A DNA stretch of 64,000 bases from Legionellales bacterium (GTDB taxonomy: Bacteria > Pseudomonadota > Gammaproteobacteria > UBA1113): assembly GCA_002707205.1 (NCBI GenBank), contig PAMH01000013.1, positions 65,523 through 129,522 of the forward strand, read 5' to 3'. The notes beneath the pieces were generated by a model. The model was not told where the DNA came from. It was given only the letters and a program-made list of their open reading frames with translations, and did no database searches. Every line of letters begins with the position of its first letter. Within the stretch, counting starts at the first letter, position 1. Of this stretch, positions 10,586 through 21,453 are shown one piece after another. The position numbers and the translations under genes are program-made.

Positions 10586-11614
10586 TTACAGTGCATTGAT
10601 TTTATTTTCATCATGCAACTTACTACTCACGCTATTTATTACTTGCAAGGTATTTATTACCTCTGGATATCTTGGCGTGATATTAATGGAAACTAACTCA
10701 CTTAATGTCGCTAACATCGCTTGTGTTTTTGATGAGTCCCCTACATAATAATTTTTTATCCAAATTTGTGCTTCTTGTAAGTTTTGTTTATATAATATTT
10801 CTTTACCATGCATTACAGCCCAAGCAGCTTGAGACAATAATAGTTGTAAATGCATATCAATATAAGCACGATTTTCAGAGGAAATTAATTTGCTGACGGG
10901 TTGATTATGATATTGCACCACAATTAACTTACTAATTGCTTGCCAACTCCTCTCTAGATTTCGCTTCCATCCTGGCTGGTGTATCTTTGCCTCTGCTGCA
11001 TGAGTTTGGCTTGCATCATTGGCCTCAGGAGTTGTAATAACAGGTAACTTGTTAATAGCGTTACTTTGTGCATTTAACTTTAACAAAATGCCTTCTACAT
11101 CAACTTGTGGAATTGCAGCAAGCGTCGCCATATTTTCAGTTAAACTTTTACGAATAGGCAACAATCTAGGATCTTTTAAACCAGCAATGCGATTATCTGC
11201 CGTTTTTAATAATTGTTGTGTTTCACTAATATTATGACCAAAGTGTAAATTAAAATTTGCCAACCTTACTAAATAAGCAACTTCAGCTAAAACCCAATCA
11301 TCATTTTGCATACCCGTTTTAGTATTCAAACGCACAACAGCCTGCTTGTTACTGATAATGTGCTGATTTGCATCTGAGATTTGACTTTCAAGAACTGTAA
11401 GCTCTTTTTGTAAGGTTTTTACCTGTAATTGTGTTTTTTGGTTTTGAGTCACAGCTCGATTCTGCGAATATATCAATGCCACAATACCAATAAGTACAAT
11501 CAATAATAAACTGAGCAAGACCATTAACCACAATGGTTTAGTCATATTCAGATGTCTTTTTTGCTTTACATCCTCAGCATTAATGGTTGCTTCATCTTTT
11601 TCGACTTTTTGCAT
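10586..11614 (-). CDS. hemX: HemX-like membrane protein (putative uroporphyrinogen-III C-methyltransferase homolog)
   Basis: Single TM segment, coiled-coil region, position between hemD and hemY. Start trimmed to an internal Met; uncertain. Confidence 0.65.
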   Translation of the reverse strand: MQKVEKDEATINAEDVKQKRHLNMTKPLWLMVLLSLLLIVLIGIVALIYSQNRAVTQNQKTQLQVKTLQKELTVLESQISDANQHIISNKQAVVRLNTKTGMQNDDWVLAEVAYLVRLANFNLHFGHNISETQQLLKTADNRIAGLKDPRLLPIRKSLTENMATLAAIPQVDVEGILLKLNAQSNAINKLPVITTPEANDASQTHAAEAKIHQPGWKRNLERSWQAISKLIVVQYHNQPVSKLISSENRAYIDMHLQLLLSQAAWAVMHGKEILYKQNLQEAQIWIKNYYVGDSSKTQAMLATLSELVSINITPRYPEVINTLQVINSVSSKLHDENKINAL

Positions 11615-11691
11615 GCAATTTTCCTTTATTGAAATGTTGTGCAATTGACAACACACTTGAGTACTATCAATGAATGCACTTAACGTAGATT

Positions 11692-12438
11692 TTACCTTAA
11701 TAATCTTTCACAAGCTTTCAATACAGCCGTTGCATTAGGCTCGCAAACATAAATTTTATCTATTGATACATCCTTAGCTAATACTTTTTTTATTCGTTCA
11801 CTAAATACTAACCATCGACTTTTCTCACTATATACATTTAGATGATTATTTAAAATATGTTTCAAATAATCAAAGCACTCAACACTACTTACTATTACTA
11901 TAGCAACTTTTGCCAATTGTTCCTGTGTTAAAGGATTATCCATACTTTTTTGAGCAATATGCCTTTCGTAGCAAATTAGGGTTGTAATCTGCGCCTCTTT
12001 AGCAATTAAAGCTGATTGTATTAAGCCTCTTGGATTGCTGCCACTCACTATAACGATGGATTTCTTTTTAACCGTTTTTAATATTGGTAAATTTAAAATG
12101 CCTTCGCTACTCGCATTCTCTGGCATAAGCGTATTTTTCCATCCTTGCTGCACCAACGTTATTTTTGTATTGTGACCAATCGCAATGGCTAAATGCGTAT
12201 CATGAAATTGTGATAACACACTTGCGCTTGCTTCAACAGCATTTACGCTCGTAAAGATAAAATAATCAATCCTTTTATCAGGTAATTGTTGTTGAATCTT
12301 TACATGAGAAAAATAACTCATTTCTATTGTAGGAAATGATATCACCTCACAGTTAAGTTGTTTCATCAAAAAATGAGATAATGCTGTATTTTGTGGTTCT
12401 GGGCGTGTATTGAGTAAAATAGGTTTATTATCAAACAT
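11692..12438 (-). CDS. hemD: Uroporphyrinogen-III synthase
   Basis: ~250 aa immediately downstream of and overlapping hemC; begins ...ILLNTRPEPQN... like the HemD N-terminus (VTRP). Confidence 0.7.
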   Translation of the reverse strand: MFDNKPILLNTRPEPQNTALSHFLMKQLNCEVISFPTIEMSYFSHVKIQQQLPDKRIDYFIFTSVNAVEASASVLSQFHDTHLAIAIGHNTKITLVQQGWKNTLMPENASSEGILNLPILKTVKKKSIVIVSGSNPRGLIQSALIAKEAQITTLICYERHIAQKSMDNPLTQEQLAKVAIVIVSSVECFDYLKHILNNHLNVYSEKSRWLVFSERIKKVLAKDVSIDKIYVCEPNATAVLKACERLLR

Positions 12439-13357
12439 GATAAATACTATCAATTATATGCTTTGCCCCTTGCTTTATTAAATCATCGGCAACATTTTCA
12501 CCGATTTGATTTGCTGCACTAACAGAGCCTGAATATTTCGCTTCAATAACCCGCTGCCCATCTGGGCTTGCAATACGTCCTTCTAATATTAAGCTATCTT
12601 TCTCAATCTGAGCAAATCCTGCAATTGGCACTTGACATCCACCTTCAAGTTTTTGATTCATCCTTCTTTCAGCTGTTAAACATAATGCAGTTTCATCATG
12701 ATTGAGTTGTTTTAACAAAGCTAGTAATTGATGGTCATCCTCTCGACACTCAATACCTATAACACCTTGTCCGACAGCTGGCAAACATAGCGCTATTGGC
12801 AAGTACTGTTTAATACGAGATGAGAGATCTAAACGCTGCAATCCAGCAGCAGCAAGAATAATTGCATCATATTCTTCATTATCTAATTTTGCTAAACGGG
12901 TTCCAACATTACCGCGTAATAATTTAATTTGTAAATCTGGACGGCAAGCTAAAATTTGACTCTGTCGCCTTAAGCTTGACGTTCCAATAATCGCACCGTT
13001 TGGCATTTCATCTATTGTTTTGTATTGATTTGAAACAAAGGCATCTCTCGGATCATGACGCTCACAACATGCAGCAATCATTAAACCAGACGGCAATTCT
13101 ACTGTCATATCTTTCATTGAATGAACAGCTAAATCTGCTTCATGATCAAAAATAGCTTCTTCTAATGCTTTAATAAATAATCCTTTACCGCCATACTTAC
13201 TCAGACTTTGATCTAGTTTTTGATCGCCCTCTGTTACAATTTTTATCAGTTCAATTTGCAAACTTGCATCAATTTTTAATAATGCTGATTTTACAAAAGC
13301 TGCTTGGTATAGTGCTAATGGACTTTTTCTTGTCGCAATTTTAATTTTTCTCTGCAT
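12431..13357 (-). CDS. hemC: Porphobilinogen deaminase (hydroxymethylbilane synthase)
   Basis: MQRKIKIATRKSPLALYQA...GGKGLFIKALE...GTSSLRRQSQ...RGNVGTRLAKLDNEEYDAIILAAAGLQRL - near-identical motifs to E. coli HemC. Confidence 0.9.
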   Translation of the reverse strand: MQRKIKIATRKSPLALYQAAFVKSALLKIDASLQIELIKIVTEGDQKLDQSLSKYGGKGLFIKALEEAIFDHEADLAVHSMKDMTVELPSGLMIAACCERHDPRDAFVSNQYKTIDEMPNGAIIGTSSLRRQSQILACRPDLQIKLLRGNVGTRLAKLDNEEYDAIILAAAGLQRLDLSSRIKQYLPIALCLPAVGQGVIGIECREDDHQLLALLKQLNHDETALCLTAERRMNQKLEGGCQVPIAGFAQIEKDSLILEGRIASPDGQRVIEAKYSGSVSAANQIGENVADDLIKQGAKHIIDSIYHV

Positions 13358-14249
13358 TAAGTTTTGCCTTTATTTCTGTTATTCGTTGATCTTTTTGCTG
13401 CCAAACTTGATTTAACCAATTTTGAAAGAAAATCTTAAAGTCAGCATCTTTAATATAGTCACCCCGTAAGTTTCCATCAATTTCTATCACATTAATATCT
13501 ACAACAACTTTCATAAATCTACCACAAAAATAATCCCATGCAATATGCTGGCTTGGTGGATATACAATTGTTACATCAAGCATTTCTTTTAATATATCGC
13601 CCATTGCTTCCAAAATAAATGCAGCTCCGCCGGCTTTTGGCTTCAAAAGATTATCGTAAGGAGAAGCTTGCGCTTGATATTTTTCCTGAGTAAAACGTGT
13701 GCCTTCAATAAAGTTAATCATGGTTGATGGAATAAATTTAAATCTTTCACAAGATTTTTTTGTGGTTTCTAAGTCTTGGCCTTTTAAATGGGGATTTTTT
13801 TCTAAAAACTCACGTGAATAACGCTTCATAAATGGAAAATTTAAAACCCAACATGATGAACCAACGAGAGGCACCCATAATAATTCTTTTTTCATGAAAA
13901 ATTTAAGCATAGGTATTTTAAAGGCAAATGCATGCTCTAAAACTAATATATCAGCCCACGACTGATGGTTTGCAGCTAAAAGATACCAGTTATTATGCTT
14001 TAACTTTTCTACACCTTGAATTTCATAGCGCATACGTGTAGTGATTTTGAAAAACCACCAATTATTAAATGTAAATAACTGAGCGATTAAAGTACCTAAA
14101 CGATCAAATAACTTGATACCATAGTTACCCCAAGAAAATAATTTAAAAAAAGCAATGATATAAACTAACACAGAACAAAATAAAAGATTCAACGCACAAA
14201 AAATAATATTGATAACACCAATGATGGGTTTAGGCAAAAACGAAAACAC
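13341..14249 (-). CDS. Lysophospholipid acyltransferase (PlsC/LPLAT family)
   Basis: HX4D motif NHQSWADILVL and FIEGTRFT motif; N-terminal TM segment. Confidence 0.7.
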   Translation of the reverse strand: MFSFLPKPIIGVINIIFCALNLLFCSVLVYIIAFFKLFSWGNYGIKLFDRLGTLIAQLFTFNNWWFFKITTRMRYEIQGVEKLKHNNWYLLAANHQSWADILVLEHAFAFKIPMLKFFMKKELLWVPLVGSSCWVLNFPFMKRYSREFLEKNPHLKGQDLETTKKSCERFKFIPSTMINFIEGTRFTQEKYQAQASPYDNLLKPKAGGAAFILEAMGDILKEMLDVTIVYPPSQHIAWDYFCGRFMKVVVDINVIEIDGNLRGDYIKDADFKIFFQNWLNQVWQQKDQRITEIKAKLNAEKN

Positions 14250-14393
14250 GTTAAACTCCTTTCATAAATTTTATTTATTTTTTATTTACTAATAAAATGA
14301 TACTACACTAAAAAAAATTATAAAAACTATTGCACAATTTACTCACATGCGTCAAAATTAAACCGATTTAATTTTAATAGAGGTATTTAATTC

Positions 14394-15074
14394 ATGGCAA
14401 CGAAAAAAACTGCAAAAACAGCAAAAAAAACTGTTAAAGCAACTTCACCCCAAAAAGCACCCGTAAAAAAAACCGCTGCTAAAAATCAAGATAAAATTGC
14501 AATCATGCAATCTTCTTTAGCAGAAATGAAACAAATCATCAAAAATGCACCACAAGCAATGCTAACAATTGAAGATAAAATCGTTGCTGAATTATCCAAA
14601 AAACTTGATAAAGCGACTTCCCAAGTGGCAAAATTGAAAACCACTATTAAACGCAACAAAGAAATGTTAGCAAAAGCTAAAAAACAATTAAGCAATAAAA
14701 AAACAGCTGCAAACCAAAGCAAAGTTGAAAAATACCAGTCAACAATTAAAGATTTAAACAAAGACTTAGCTGTATTAATGACAGAATCATCTCATCTTAA
14801 AACTGAGTTATCATCCGTTAAAACATCTAGTGACAAAACTAAAGGTTTAATGAAAGCAATCACAGCTTTCGAACAAAAACATGCTAAAACTGCTGCACAA
14901 AAAGAAAAACAAGCCATTGCTCGTGCGAAGAAAGCAGAAAAAGCAGCAAAAGATCGCGCTCGCATGAAAAAAGCAGCGACAAAAGCCGCTAAAAAAGCTT
15001 CTACTGCTGCTAAAAAATCAGCAAAACCTAGCCCTAAAACAAATACGGCAACTAGCGAATCTGCAACTGCCTAA
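14394..15074 (+). CDS. Histone H1-like, Lys/Ala-rich nucleoid-associated protein
   Basis: N-terminal MATKKTAKTAKKTVKA and C-terminal AKKAEKAAKDRARMKKAATKAAKKASTAAKKSAKPSPK tails flank a central coiled coil; resembles AlgP/Hc1/phasin-tail type proteins. Confidence 0.6.
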   Translation: MATKKTAKTAKKTVKATSPQKAPVKKTAAKNQDKIAIMQSSLAEMKQIIKNAPQAMLTIEDKIVAELSKKLDKATSQVAKLKTTIKRNKEMLAKAKKQLSNKKTAANQSKVEKYQSTIKDLNKDLAVLMTESSHLKTELSSVKTSSDKTKGLMKAITAFEQKHAKTAAQKEKQAIARAKKAEKAAKDRARMKKAATKAAKKASTAAKKSAKPSPKTNTATSESATA

Positions 15075-15075
15075 A

Positions 15076-15111
15076 TAAAAAAGCGCTGTTTATGGTAAAC
15101 AGCGCTTTTTA
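15076..15111. terminator. Bidirectional rho-independent terminator between convergent genes
   Basis: AAAAAAGCGCTGTTTA-TGGT-TAAACAGCGCTTTTTAT: a 13-bp perfect stem flanked by an A-run and a T-run. Confidence 0.65.
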
Positions 15112-15125
15112 TCATTGATCTTTTT

Positions 15126-15668
15126 TTAATATCCGCCAGCTTTACCCGTTCCAATAAATTTAAATGAACCTTGGATTGTATATGGTTGGAAGAAAGCACT
15201 CACACCAGTTTCTTTATCTGTATGACGGAAAAAACCATTCCAATCTGGCGGATCGATATGACACTTTTCATCATAAATGCCTGGACCATCTAACTGTATA
15301 TTACGACCATAATGTGGGCCATCATTTGCAACCATGCTCATCATTGAAAAAACAATACGCCAATCACTACCACGTTTACTGATCGTACAAGCAACATTAC
15401 AATCAGGAATCCATCCTCCAGCCCCAAAACCCATTTCACTGCCTTTGATGGCATGTTGGTCAACTTCATTATGAATATCTGCTTTCATTGTAGAATCTAT
15501 GGTTGCATTAGGTGCCATCGTAACAGAATCTATCCAGATCAAAGCTGTTTCAACTTTATTTTGATAAATTTTAGGTGGTGCAATCGGATGATCTGCATAA
15601 GCATGAATGCCAAAACAACCGATTCCTGCCATCAGCATTATAAGCTGTTGATATTTTTTCATAATCAC
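15126..15668 (-). CDS. ftrA: Periplasmic copper-binding iron transport protein P19/FtrA family
   Basis: Signal peptide; MVANDGPHYGRNI, FFRHTDKETGVSAFFQPY and FKFIGTGKAG match Campylobacter P19 motifs (MVADDGPHYGANI, FGRHVDEETGVGKWFEPF, FKYTGTPK); ADIH copper-site motif. Confidence 0.8.
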   Translation of the reverse strand: MIMKKYQQLIMLMAGIGCFGIHAYADHPIAPPKIYQNKVETALIWIDSVTMAPNATIDSTMKADIHNEVDQHAIKGSEMGFGAGGWIPDCNVACTISKRGSDWRIVFSMMSMVANDGPHYGRNIQLDGPGIYDEKCHIDPPDWNGFFRHTDKETGVSAFFQPYTIQGSFKFIGTGKAGGY

Positions 15669-15763
15669 TCCTCTTTTTTAATACATGGGATTTATGTTAA
15701 ACCGCTAGCAAACATTACATTTAATATTTAACGGTCAGCCATTAAAATAAATACTAGTTAAAA

Positions 15764-17230
15764 TCATTTGGGTATCACAATGTGTTGTCGGATTTTTTCA
15801 ACCTCAGACATATAAGCATGCCCTAAAGTTGCTGGCCACCAAAGATAAAAGATCATAGCAATGTAAAGTAAAATAAACGTCAAACTCAGACAAAATCGCA
15901 AATTAATTTGGCGTATTAACCCAAAAATCACTGTAGCTGTTAACCACAAGCTCCATAACATACTGCCTAACAATAAACTAAATTTAATCATTGCAGCTAT
16001 TTTTAATGATAATCCAAAATCATGGTGCATCACTTCAAAAAACTTACCGCATAAACCAATCACAATCGATAAAATTGCAATTGGAATACATTGATAAGTT
16101 AAAAGAATAAAAGCTTTTTTAAAATTGTGCTTTCGCTCTACAACCAACCAAGCGGAAGCTGCTAATAATAAAGCAGACAAAATACCAACAATTATCCCAT
16201 AACCTAACATGTAACTGGTAATCAGCCCCACATCAAACCAAGTAAAATGTTGGTTCCATGCTTGCGAGGATATAAAACTAGATGCTTGATTAAAAATCGA
16301 GAAAATATTATGCGCCATGAACCAACCGCCAACACTATCTCGTAACACTTGATATTGATGTAATATTAGCCATAAAAAACCGCCAGCTGCTAATCCTGGA
16401 CTGATTAAAATAAATAAAATTTCATATTTATTCGGTTGATTAAGTAAAATATATTTTGCTTCTTGTGCGGGCTTTTGTAAGTAAATACCCAATCCTGCTT
16501 TTTTCTTATCAGACACACAGGCACCGCAAGTAATACAATTATTACTAGAGTTTTTATAAGGTAAATTATAATCCGTGGGACAAAGACGTCCTTGAATATA
16601 ACTCGGTTGCGAGGCAGGTTTTTCTTTTACGCCATTATTTGGCATAAAATTAATAATACTTAAACGTGAAACCACACCTAAAATTTTACCAATGGGACAA
16701 AAGTAGCGACACCAAGGCCGTCCACCATGCTGACCAAACAGATACCCCACAATGATAGCTAAACTAAAAATATATAAAAAAAGCTTAGCAAGTCCCCAAG
16801 CATCATCTCGCACATCCATCGTCTGACCAAGTATTGTAACCACTGTAAATAAGATAACTAACCAGCCATCCCATTGCACCCACTTTGGTAGTGGCTTCTT
16901 AAGGCCAATCAATCCAACCCATTCTGATAATGCTCCTAATGGACACAATGCGCCACACCATAATCGTCCAAATATAATGACTGAAAATAAACAAGCGCCA
17001 TACCATAAGCCCCAAAACAAAAACTGACTCAATAAAATAGTACTGGTTAAAATAGTATCATCAAAAGTTGGGCGGGTTGAAAATAGGGGAGCGATCACTA
17101 AATATAAAAAAGCAAAAAACATAGCTAGCTGTATGTATTTAAGATGCTTTCGGTATTTAATAAATAATTGTTCAGCCCAATGTAAACGATAAGTCAAAAA
17201 ACGCATTTTACTTTTAGGCCTCACATTCAT
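15764..17230 (-). CDS. ftrD: Membrane polyferredoxin (NapH/FtrD-like 4Fe-4S protein)
   Basis: Multiple TM helices with Cys clusters CGALCPLG, CRYFCPIG and CITCGACV. Start trimmed to an internal Met to avoid overlapping ftrC. Confidence 0.65.
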   Translation of the reverse strand: MNVRPKSKMRFLTYRLHWAEQLFIKYRKHLKYIQLAMFFAFLYLVIAPLFSTRPTFDDTILTSTILLSQFLFWGLWYGACLFSVIIFGRLWCGALCPLGALSEWVGLIGLKKPLPKWVQWDGWLVILFTVVTILGQTMDVRDDAWGLAKLFLYIFSLAIIVGYLFGQHGGRPWCRYFCPIGKILGVVSRLSIINFMPNNGVKEKPASQPSYIQGRLCPTDYNLPYKNSSNNCITCGACVSDKKKAGLGIYLQKPAQEAKYILLNQPNKYEILFILISPGLAAGGFLWLILHQYQVLRDSVGGWFMAHNIFSIFNQASSFISSQAWNQHFTWFDVGLITSYMLGYGIIVGILSALLLAASAWLVVERKHNFKKAFILLTYQCIPIAILSIVIGLCGKFFEVMHHDFGLSLKIAAMIKFSLLLGSMLWSLWLTATVIFGLIRQINLRFCLSLTFILLYIAMIFYLWWPATLGHAYMSEVEKIRQHIVIPK

Positions 17231-17241
17231 CATGCTAAAAA

Positions 17242-18081
17242 TTAAACGAACTGTTGCTGCGTTGTATGTGACAGTTTCTCGCGTACTTTTACGGTTGCCA
17301 GCCACTTAAAAAATAATACAAAGCTACGAATAAATTGTTTTAAAAATAAAGGTGCCGTGCATGCTAAAAATATACCTAATGCCAAAGCATATTCTCGACT
17401 TGCCTGTGCATGCAAAAATTGGCTATTGAACATATGAGATAACGGTGTAAAACCTAACCAACGCGCTTCTTGAAATGCATTTACAGCATTACCAATGCAC
17501 ATCACCGCTAACATAAAAATAAAAAATGGCGTTAAGTTAAAAATAATTTTATTAATAACTTTCCAGCGTTGTGTTGAAATTTTATAAGTATAAAGTAATG
17601 CAGCAAGCATGAAACAACCAACAATTAATCCGACAAAAGTACCTAGCTGTTGTGATATTCCCCCTTGAAATAATCCATAGTAAAATAAAATCACTTCAGA
17701 TAATTCACGAAAAACGCTAATAAAAGCCATAAATCCAAGGCTTGCTAAACTCATTAGATGTAATCGATCATTTTTAGCAAAGGTATCAAAGTTAACATAT
17801 AAAAGCATTCCCAATGCCATTAAGCTCGCAAATGCCTCGCTTAATTCACGTACTTGGCCAGTAAAAATACTATGTAACCAAACACAACCCAAGGCTAGAC
17901 AGAGTCCAAGGATAATGGCGCCAATACAATTTTTATAAATCACACTTATATGCTGCTCTCTTCCTGAAGCTTTAAGTGCTGAAACAAGCATAATAATAAC
18001 TAATAACGCTTCGGTTCCTTCACGTGGAATAATCCAAAAAGAGGAAGATAATGCTGCATAAAAATTAGAACTTAATAACAT
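17242..18081 (-). CDS. ftrC: FTR1/EfeU-family high-affinity iron permease
   Basis: REGTEALLVI (RExxE) motif in TM1, 7 TM helices, a second ExxE-like region; located adjacent to the P19 and polyferredoxin genes. Confidence 0.8.
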   Translation of the reverse strand: MLLSSNFYAALSSSFWIIPREGTEALLVIIMLVSALKASGREQHISVIYKNCIGAIILGLCLALGCVWLHSIFTGQVRELSEAFASLMALGMLLYVNFDTFAKNDRLHLMSLASLGFMAFISVFRELSEVILFYYGLFQGGISQQLGTFVGLIVGCFMLAALLYTYKISTQRWKVINKIIFNLTPFFIFMLAVMCIGNAVNAFQEARWLGFTPLSHMFNSQFLHAQASREYALALGIFLACTAPLFLKQFIRSFVLFFKWLATVKVREKLSHTTQQQFV

Positions 18082-18091
18082 GAGTCGCCTC

Positions 18092-18535
18092 TTAGCTTTT
18101 ATTAGTTAGAAATAGTGCTTGTTTGTTGACTTCTTCGCATAGATTTTTGGCTTGTTGTGTTACTGATTGCTTAGCATCAGATGCGCCTAAAACCGTATTT
18201 GAGAACTGATGGAACTGTTCTTCAACATTGAAAATTTTTTCAGGCGTTACATACGGCCGGTACTTGATTTCAAGAATATTATCGTAAACATTCCAGTAAG
18301 CATTTTCAGCAACAGTATGTGCCTGTTTAAATTGTTTTGCTTGATATAATGCGACACTCTTATTTAAAAGCTGGCAAATCTTTACTGCCTGATCATGGTA
18401 TAAGCTTGTTTCTTGAGAACCGTTAATATTTACACTCGTATTGTTTTTTAAAATAAAAACTAAACCTATTGCAATGCATAATAATACGAGTCCAATGACA
18501 AAAAAACCGTAACGCTTTTTCAACGTAACCACCAC
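18092..18535 (-). CDS. Membrane-anchored periplasmic hypothetical protein (first gene of the ftr-like operon)
   Basis: 147 aa with an N-terminal TM anchor and no recognisable family; occupies the position where a cupredoxin-like FtrB is found in other Ftr systems. Confidence 0.45.
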   Translation of the reverse strand: MVVTLKKRYGFFVIGLVLLCIAIGLVFILKNNTSVNINGSQETSLYHDQAVKICQLLNKSVALYQAKQFKQAHTVAENAYWNVYDNILEIKYRPYVTPEKIFNVEEQFHQFSNTVLGASDAKQSVTQQAKNLCEEVNKQALFLTNKS

Positions 18536-18680
18536 TAAATGTTATTAACTGAGTATTAATTTTTGATGCTGATTAAATAACACCAAAATGTCATTTGTTA
18601 CTGGGTTGTAACCAAATATTAAGACTAAATAATGACTTCAGTTTTGTATAAATTATTGCTATATTTTACAATAAATGTAA

Positions 18681-18700
18681 ATGAGAATCAATATCATTAT
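18681..18700. promoter_or_regulatory. Fur box overlapping the -35 of the ftr-operon promoter
   Basis: Minus strand reads ATAATGATATTGATTCTCAT (compare Fur consensus GATAATGATAATCATTATC), with -35 TTGATT inside the box, a 17-bp spacer and -10 TAAAAT (plus-strand 18663-18668). Confidence 0.55.
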
Positions 18701-18801
18701 AACATGGTGATTAGGCAGCCTCAAAATGTGCAAACACACAAAATATTGCGCGATAACTTCACATTTTGAGGTAATTTAGATAGAGGCTTTGATGAAATAA
18801 T

Positions 18802-21228
<2,427 letters not shown>

Positions 21229-21453
21229 CTATCCTCGCGCTAGCGCAACCGTTAATATGGCTTATATTATACCTATTTTTTGTATTATTGTCTTGGTTTA
21301 TTGCTTAAACGTTGGGTAAGTGAGCAAAGTGCTTTAATCATTAAACAACAGTATTTTTTATTTATCAAAAAGAAAAAACTTGTTAGTCAAATTTAACTTA
21401 GTAATTTGACAAATTAAGGCAGAGGATAGCGAACGATGTTGCATTATTTTTAG

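Noticed and set aside
18719-18771. 12-bp-stem hairpin read as the gyrB intrinsic terminator
   Set aside because: On the gyrB (minus) transcript the stem is followed by CUGCCUAAUC rather than a U-tract. It is better explained as a copy of the CACATTTTGAGG inverted-repeat family, reported under findings.
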